Assembly: GCA_964516975.1 (NCBI GenBank)
Contig: CAZFAS010000001.1
Span: forward strand, 118,500 to 182,499
Direction of reading: 5' to 3'
DNA: 64,000 bases
Source: an uncultured Candidatus Saccharibacteria bacterium
GTDB taxonomy: Bacteria; Patescibacteriota; Minisyncoccia; Phycocordibacterales; Zambryskibacteraceae
Under the pieces are notes generated by a model that ran no database searches, was not told the origin of the DNA, and saw only the letters and a list, made by a program, of their open reading frames with translations. Of the stretch, positions 58,690 to 64,000 are shown piece by piece. The position numbers were made by a program, and so were the translations under genes. The first letter of the stretch is position 1. The number at the start of each line of letters is the position of its first letter.

Positions 58690-59542
58690 CATACCATTTG
58701 TTTTTTTTGGATCACCGGAATTTGCTGTAAAAATTCTAGATGTGCTGAAATCACACGATTATTTTCCAGTATGTATAGTGACCCAAGAAGACAAACCAAA
58801 AGGTCGTAAGCTCATCATCACGCCCCCACCCGTAAAAATATGGGCGCAAGAACATTCAATCCCCTTTATTCAACCAAAAACACTTCGAAGTTCAGAAATT
58901 GTCGAGGAACTAGCAAAATGGAATGCGGAAGTTTTTATCGTAGCTTCGTATGGGAAAATAATTCCTCAAGCAGTACTTGATATACCTAAAAAAGGGACAC
59001 TCAATGTCCACCCCTCTCTTCTTCCCAAGCTCCGCGGTGCTTCACCTATTCCAGGCGCAATACTGCAAGAAGAAAAAACGGGAGTATCTATTATGCTTCT
59101 TGATGCTGATATGGATCATGGTCCAATACTTGCCCAAGAGGTCGCTAATATTGCGAACTGGCCTCCATACGCAGATGAACTCGAAAATATCCTCGCAAAC
59201 ATAGGTGGCAACTTACTTGTACGCACACTCCCAGAATGGGTGCAAGGCAACATTACCGCTGTCGAACAAGAACACGATAAAGCAACGTTTGTTAAGAAAA
59301 TTGAAAAAGAAGATGCTCTTATAGATCTATCAGCACCTGCGGAAGAAAATTTGAGAAAAATAAAAGCGTACGCAGAGAAACCAAATGCGTATACTTTTCT
59401 AAATATTAATGGAAAGCAAACTCGAATTATTATCAAAAAAGCCCACATCGATAATGGGCTCCTAGTACTAGATAGAATAATTCCTGAAGGTAAAAGAGAA
59501 ATGTCGTTTGAAGAATTCAAACGAGGTCATATCAAAAACTAA
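58679..59542 (+). CDS. fmt: methionyl-tRNA formyltransferase
   Basis: FFGSPEFA, NVHPSLLP..RG.SP, MDHGP. Confidence 0.95.
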   Translation: MKNNIPFVFFGSPEFAVKILDVLKSHDYFPVCIVTQEDKPKGRKLIITPPPVKIWAQEHSIPFIQPKTLRSSEIVEELAKWNAEVFIVASYGKIIPQAVLDIPKKGTLNVHPSLLPKLRGASPIPGAILQEEKTGVSIMLLDADMDHGPILAQEVANIANWPPYADELENILANIGGNLLVRTLPEWVQGNITAVEQEHDKATFVKKIEKEDALIDLSAPAEENLRKIKAYAEKPNAYTFLNINGKQTRIIIKKAHIDNGLLVLDRIIPEGKREMSFEEFKRGHIKN

Positions 59543-59700
59543 AACGGTTCAAAATACCCGATTGAAGCATTATATTCATAATACGCTGTCTCTTGTTGTT
59601 GCTGGTAACTAAGTGTCCATAGCAACATAGCAATAAAGAGACCTCCAGCAAGGACACCATACGAAACCTGCTTCCCTATTTCTTTTTCAATATTCAGCAT
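59539..59700 (-). CDS. small single-TM protein (53 aa)
   Basis: manual translation MLNIEKEIGKQVSYGVLAGGLFIAMLLWTLSY...; start overlaps hpf stop. Confidence 0.45.
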   Translation of the reverse strand: MLNIEKEIGKQVSYGVLAGGLFIAMLLWTLSYQQQQETAYYEYNASIGYFEPF

Positions 59701-60086
59701 TATTTTTTAAATTTATTTCGAAAATCTCCCAAACCTTTTAATAAATTTTTTACCTGAAGCGCACCTCTTCTATACAATGTTTGTGATTTATCTTTTTGAG
59801 TCGTGATCTGTTGAACAATTTCATCCTTCACTTCATCGATTGCGGCATAGAGATCATCTTTCTCAGATACTGCATAAAAATTCCTTCCAGAAAAACGAAG
59901 ATTCACTTCAGCTCGAAAAAAATCTCCTGACTTATGATGTCGCGATGTCTTCCCCACCTCGACTTCACAGAAAGCACTATCAAGTTCACCTTGAATAAAT
60001 CTGTCGAATGCTGAAAAACGCTTGTCGATATAATCACTAATAGCTGGAGTAATCTCAATATTTGTTGCTTTAATATTTTTATTCAT
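59700..60086 (-). CDS. hpf: ribosome hibernation factor HPF/RaiA
   Basis: IEITPAI..Y..K, AEVNL, DLYAAID. Confidence 0.9.
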   Translation of the reverse strand: MNKNIKATNIEITPAISDYIDKRFSAFDRFIQGELDSAFCEVEVGKTSRHHKSGDFFRAEVNLRFSGRNFYAVSEKDDLYAAIDEVKDEIVQQITTQKDKSQTLYRRGALQVKNLLKGLGDFRNKFKK

Positions 60087-60104
60087 GTGTTCATTATATC
60101 AAGT

Positions 60105-60335
60105 CTACTGTTCTTGAACATCCACCGACAACATTTTACTGCCTGAGTGATGACCTGAAATTATCCTCACTTTACCCAAGGGGACGCCAAGCTCATGGGC
60201 AACAAGCTCTCGAATACGGGTATTGGCCATATTGCGCTCAGCAGGCTCTCGTACCGAAATGTCATAGTGGTCAAAACTCACCTTCTCCACGAGCTCTCGC
60301 TTAGCTCCTGCTGTTACTCGTACCTTTATATACAT
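60105..60335 (-). CDS. DUF167 family protein
   Basis: V.V..GAK, V.EPA....AN, I..G..S..K; start moved to 60335. Confidence 0.85.
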   Translation of the reverse strand: MYIKVRVTAGAKRELVEKVSFDHYDISVREPAERNMANTRIRELVAHELGVPLGKVRIISGHHSGSKMLSVDVQEQ

Positions 60336-60467
60336 ACCCCCTATCATACGCGATACCGTACTGTGCTCAACAGTACTTTTGATTTTCAAAAGATATCTGA
60401 TATTATCTTTCTGTTCTGCTAAAACAGAACCATTCCGGAGTAGCTCAGTGGTAGAGCGATCGCCTGT

Positions 60468-61027
60468 GTCGGAAAGTTCGTGGTATAATTGCTTGGTGTA
60501 TACCAAGAAAAAAAGATTAGAAAAATGAACTTACGCCGACCGTCGAGCATATATGGTAATGGCAGTAACAAGGAGAAGAAGAAAACTCCGTGAGATGGCC
60601 AGAGAACAAGCCGGCGGAAAATGTGCATTATGTGGCTACAAAAAATGTCAGAGGGCTTTAAGCTTTCATCACGTAAACCCTAAAAATAAGGATTTTGATC
60701 TTTCTTCAAGGGGTTTAACGAGATCGTGGGAACGTATTAAAAAGGAAATCGAAAAATGCGTTCTCTTGTGTGCAAATTGTCACATGGAAGTACATGAAGG
60801 CATTACGCAGCTTTCTATCAAAAGATAGATTGAAAAACGAGGTGAATTCGGGGAAACCCAATTATTGGGCAATCCCGAGCCAAGCTCTAATGAAAGTTGG
60901 AGAAGGTGTAGAGACTATCCTTTATGGAGTAGTGTCAAAAACTTGATACGAAGCGCCTCGATCCTAAGTTCCAGATTGGAATATGGATATGATATAGTCC
61001 ACGCTTCTAGCAATAGAAGAATCAGTG
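60468..61027 (+). mobile_element. group I intron in the tRNA-Asn anticodon
   Basis: 5' exon ends in U, intron ends in G; core elements GAATTCGGGGAA (P), AATCCCGAGC (Q), GTGTAGAGACTA (R), ATGATATAGTCC (S). Confidence 0.9.
60553..60828 (+). CDS. intron-encoded HNH homing endonuclease
   Basis: GGKCALCGY, FHHVNP, LLCANCHMEVH; TG-TATAAT promoter-like site at 60481-60489 within the intron. Confidence 0.85.
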   Translation: MVMAVTRRRRKLREMAREQAGGKCALCGYKKCQRALSFHHVNPKNKDFDLSSRGLTRSWERIKKEIEKCVLLCANCHMEVHEGITQLSIKR

Positions 61028-61294
61028 TAAGCGATTGGTCGTAGGTTCGATCCCTACCTCCGGAGCATGCAAAAATCTTAGGCCGTCAGAAATGACGGTC
61101 TTTGATTTTTTATGCTCAGGAGAGCAAAGCCTGCGCGCTTTGTGTGCAGGGATCGAACGGCGGAATGTGAAATTTTCAGTAGAAAATTTCCATGAGCCTG
61201 TGCCCAGACTTTTTTTGTATTGACTATTTGTATATTTTGTGATAGTAATTATCCAGTACTGTTCAATCAACTAAACAAGAGAGCGAGGTAACAA

Positions 61295-61612
61295 ATGGCG
61301 ACGAGCAAGACACAGGATATCAAGACTTTCAAGAATCAAACCGGATACTGGGAGCATGATGGAGCATTTTCCGTCGAACTGACACCCAGTGCCGACAAGA
61401 GCATCGTACCGCCAAACGCAGAGATCCGAGTCGACACAGTTCATGTGAGACACGGACGCATCAAACAAACGATTGGTGGTATCCAGCTCTACTCGGAAGG
61501 TAGCCCCCTTTCTACTGGGGCTACGCACACATCAAGATCATTCGCGACGGAAGCGGCAATCTCCTGTGGGTCAACCATAACTACAGATAAGTTTCACCTC
61601 TCCACCGCCTGA
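61295..61612 (+). CDS. hypothetical protein (cassette 1)
   Basis: GAGG RBS, TTGACT upstream, stop within the junction hairpin. Confidence 0.55.
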   Translation: MATSKTQDIKTFKNQTGYWEHDGAFSVELTPSADKSIVPPNAEIRVDTVHVRHGRIKQTIGGIQLYSEGSPLSTGATHTSRSFATEAAISCGSTITTDKFHLSTA

Positions 61613-61709
61613 CAGAAGCCGTTCGCTTCTGTGGGCGGTTTTCTTTTGTTTGACAAATTATATAAATGTGTTAATATGTTAACAGTACCTTCAAACAATC
61701 GAGGTGATC

Positions 61710-61997
61710 ATGTCGAAGAAGCAAGGTATGAAAAAACCTCTTCGGTCTTGGACCATTCTGCTCAATGAGCAGAACATCCGAGCTCGAATCGAGAAGGAAG
61801 AACCAGGAATGCTGAAATTCCTGGACTTCCTTGCGAGTAAGGAAAAGGTTCCGATGCAAGCTGGTCTTGTTGGATGGTCAGTGTTCACACACTGGCTCTC
61901 TTGTGCTTACAAGTACCTGAAGCACAGACCATCTGATGTTCCCTACTACAGCGACAATGCTGTGCTCGATGTGGTTTTCCCCGCAAGTAAGAGGTAA
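61710..61997 (+). CDS. hypothetical protein (cassette 2a)
   Basis: GAGGTG RBS before ATG 61710. Confidence 0.55.
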   Translation: MSKKQGMKKPLRSWTILLNEQNIRARIEKEEPGMLKFLDFLASKEKVPMQAGLVGWSVFTHWLSCAYKYLKHRPSDVPYYSDNAVLDVVFPASKR

Positions 61998-61998
61998 A

Positions 61999-62211
61999 AT
62001 GAAAATCCAGTGCGTATTGTTTAGTGGAACGGTCTCTGATGTCGAGTTGTTCAACAACGGCACATCTGCAAGTGTGACCGTAACCACACCACTTTCGACT
62101 CCCTGTGGAACTCTATACTTTCCAGTCGGCCAAAGGATTCAGTTCAGCAGAGTCCTAATCGAAGGAGACACGATTGTTCCTCAGAGCGGAGGAAGTATCT
62201 CCGTTCTCTAG
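61999..62211 (+). CDS. hypothetical protein (cassette 2b)
   Basis: GAGG RBS, MKIQCVLFSG..., ends before junction repeat. Confidence 0.5.
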   Translation: MKIQCVLFSGTVSDVELFNNGTSASVTVTTPLSTPCGTLYFPVGQRIQFSRVLIEGDTIVPQSGGSISVL

Positions 62212-62320
62212 AAAGTTCACCGCCGCCCACACTGTGGGCGGTTTTCTTTTGTTTGACAGTTTTATATATATGTGATATTTTTTCAACAGATTATCGTTCC
62301 CTTCTCACCCATGAGGACTC

Positions 62321-62698
62321 ATGCCAGAAGATATATTTGCTGAAGTTCCTGAATTTCTCGCAGCATTTCAGAACATTCGAGAAAATGGCTTCTTTGAGAG
62401 CATGGATTTCAAAGTGGGCGGTGAGCAATTAGAAGGAAAGGTTGCGCATTTCTATATCCGCGCTGTAGGGTGTATTCCAAATAATCCAGACTTCATGGCT
62501 ATTGGTTGTGACGAAATCATCGATCCAGACAGAATCATCAATTCATGTCGAGCTCTTGTAAAACTGAGGAAAGTAAAGTCTGTACAGGTTAAAGTTGAAA
62601 CAGATGAATGGCCAAAATGGAACCGATCCGGCACGGAGATAACTGGAAGTAAAGGTAGACGCACAATTCTTTCGCTTTCAGTTCAGTTTAAGATATAG
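62321..62698 (+). CDS. hypothetical protein (cassette 3)
   Basis: GAGG RBS, 125 aa between junction repeats. Confidence 0.6.
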   Translation: MPEDIFAEVPEFLAAFQNIRENGFFESMDFKVGGEQLEGKVAHFYIRAVGCIPNNPDFMAIGCDEIIDPDRIINSCRALVKLRKVKSVQVKVETDEWPKWNRSGTEITGSKGRRTILSLSVQFKI

Positions 62699-62793
62699 AA
62701 TAATCACACCGCCCACACTGTGGGCGGTTTTCTTTTGTTTGACAAAAACATGAATTATTCTAATGTTATCGCAGAACTTTCACCAAGGTAACC

Positions 62794-63081
62794 GTGCAGA
62801 AAGATACCAGCACGAATCATCCTGAACAGAAAGATGGAGAAGTGTTCATTGGAAACTTCTTGAATAAGTCACCAGAAATCCCAACTGAGGGGATACTCAT
62901 CGACCCCTTCGACAGAGTTGGTTGGAAAACAAAGCGAGCTGGAATGGTTGCGTATGACCACAATGGCAACACCCTTCCGGACTGCTTCCCTGTTTTTGTA
63001 CTGAGGTCAGAAATGAGAGAATCAGGAATGGATCCCGATTCATTGTGGTTAAAAAAACCAGAGGAGAACCGCGATGTCTGA
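62794..63081 (+). CDS. hypothetical protein (cassette 4a)
   Basis: HPE..DGEVFIGN...GWKTKR.G..AYD..G......PVFV. Confidence 0.6.
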   Translation: MQKDTSTNHPEQKDGEVFIGNFLNKSPEIPTEGILIDPFDRVGWKTKRAGMVAYDHNGNTLPDCFPVFVLRSEMRESGMDPDSLWLKKPEENRDV

Positions 63082-63328
63082 GATTGTGACTCAAGCTGAA
63101 TTGAGGTTTGAAGATCGAACTGAATGCAACCATTTTTTCAAATGGGATCCAGAATCAAAACATTGGAAGACCACTCGTGGGCAAACTATTTTCGTTTGCC
63201 CACCAAGTAGCATATGTAAAAGATGGGTAGTCATCTGGCCTAGCAACAACAAAAGAAAGGAAATCCACAGCCAAAATCCGGAATTCGCAGCATTTAGCGA
63301 AGCGGATCTCTGGTCAAGAAGAAAGTAA
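63074..63328 (+). CDS. hypothetical protein (cassette 4b)
   Basis: GAGGAG RBS, overlaps previous stop, terminator follows. Confidence 0.5.
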   Translation: MSEIVTQAELRFEDRTECNHFFKWDPESKHWKTTRGQTIFVCPPSSICKRWVVIWPSNNKRKEIHSQNPEFAAFSEADLWSRRK

Positions 63329-63428
63329 GTATACAAACCGCCAAGTAGCAAATAGCGAACGGCGGTTTTTCATTGATATTCATTAAATAATGAAGTGATG
63401 TATACTATTTATATTAATCAAAAACACT

Positions 63429-63776
63429 ATGCCATTCGAAAAACCAACGCAAGTATTTGAAAAATATGAGGAAGAAGCAAATGCGCTATTACCTGAAATT
63501 ACAGATCGTATCAAGGATGCGCTCATTGGAAAAAGGGTGACACTCATGGACTATTCTAGAAATAAGGAAGAAACAGTGACGGTAAGGCAGGCTGACCCTG
63601 AGAGTTCGAATTGGATGTACATACGTGAGGATGGTCTCAACCATTCATTCACTACTACATTTCGTAGTATTGTACTCAGCACAGAAGGAAGAAAAATTAT
63701 GAATGAAATCGTCGATGGTCTATCTGTACATAACGAAGTAAAAAAAATATTAAAAGAAAAAATTACAGCTCGATAG
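63429..63776 (+). CDS. hypothetical protein
   Basis: 115-aa ORF. Confidence 0.6.
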   Translation: MPFEKPTQVFEKYEEEANALLPEITDRIKDALIGKRVTLMDYSRNKEETVTVRQADPESSNWMYIREDGLNHSFTTTFRSIVLSTEGRKIMNEIVDGLSVHNEVKKILKEKITAR

Positions 63777-63777
63777 C

Positions 63778-64000
63778 ATGAAAATAATAAAACTCTTTGA
63801 TCGATTAGAGGATCGTGTCCGTGGTTGGCTCAGTAAACGCCCTATTCTGTATGCACTCATTGGTGGATTTGCTATTGTCCTCTTTTGGAGAGGAGTCTGG
63901 GATTTCGCAGATGAATTCGCATTTCTCACGCCAGTAGTATCAATCGTAATCAGTGTCCTTATAATGATGGCAACTGGTACATTCGTATCATTCTTCATTG
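63778..64000 (+). CDS. membrane protein, runs off window end
   Basis: MKIIKLFDRLEDRVRGWLSKRPILYALIGGFAIVLFWRGVW... Confidence 0.7.
   Translation, partial: MKIIKLFDRLEDRVRGWLSKRPILYALIGGFAIVLFWRGVWDFADEFAFLTPVVSIVISVLIMMATGTFVSFFI

Larger units (their letters stand above)
60434..61065 (+). tRNA. tRNA-Asn(GTT) interrupted by group I intron (exons 60434-60467 and 61028-61065)
   Basis: joined exons give TCCGGAG..GCTCAGTGGTAGAGC.ATCGC-CTGT^TAA-GCGAT..GTAGG-TTCGATC-CCTAC-CTCCGGA-G. Confidence 0.92.
61629..62744 (+). repeat. three copies of 27-bp terminator/-35 junction CTGTGGGCGGTTTTCTTTTGTTTGACA
   Basis: identical at 61629-61655, 62232-62258 and 62718-62744, separating small genes. Confidence 0.85.

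Overview
This window looks like chromosomal DNA of a Patescibacteria (CPR, probably Parcubacteria) genome: AT-rich, standard genetic code, and compact housekeeping blocks. These include rpmA/rplI/rplU, cysS, lysS, proS, dnaB, recR, mraZ-rsmH-ftsL-ftsI-murF, mreB-mreC-mreD-mrdA, frr, rseP, priA, def, fmt and hpf, interspersed with short accessory genes. The main discovery is at 6.5-9.3 kb. A 396-aa IS110/Nop-domain-like protein (7251-8441, minus strand) is flanked on both sides by 20 stem-loop units. Each unit reads stem-ACGA-9 nt spacer-UGU-loop-ACGA-9 nt spacer-UGU-stem on the minus strand, and the units fall into sub-arrays with their own promoter-like and terminator sites. This is the architecture of a TIGR-Tas-type RNA-guided system, here with an apparently degenerate RuvC active site and a duplicated scaffold carrying diverged spacers. 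Other notable items: a tRNA-Asn(GTT) split by a group I intron that carries an HNH endonuclease; a probable orphan DGR target gene; a promoter/terminator-bounded structured ncRNA candidate near 44.4-44.8 kb; a cassette-like run of small genes joined by an identical 27-bp terminator/-35 junction; tRNA-Glu flanked by tRNA fragments and a repeated element; a MITE-like scar at the 3' end of ftsI; a LexA box in the lexA operon promoter; and a GIY-YIG pseudogene. All calls are by eye; no database searches were run.
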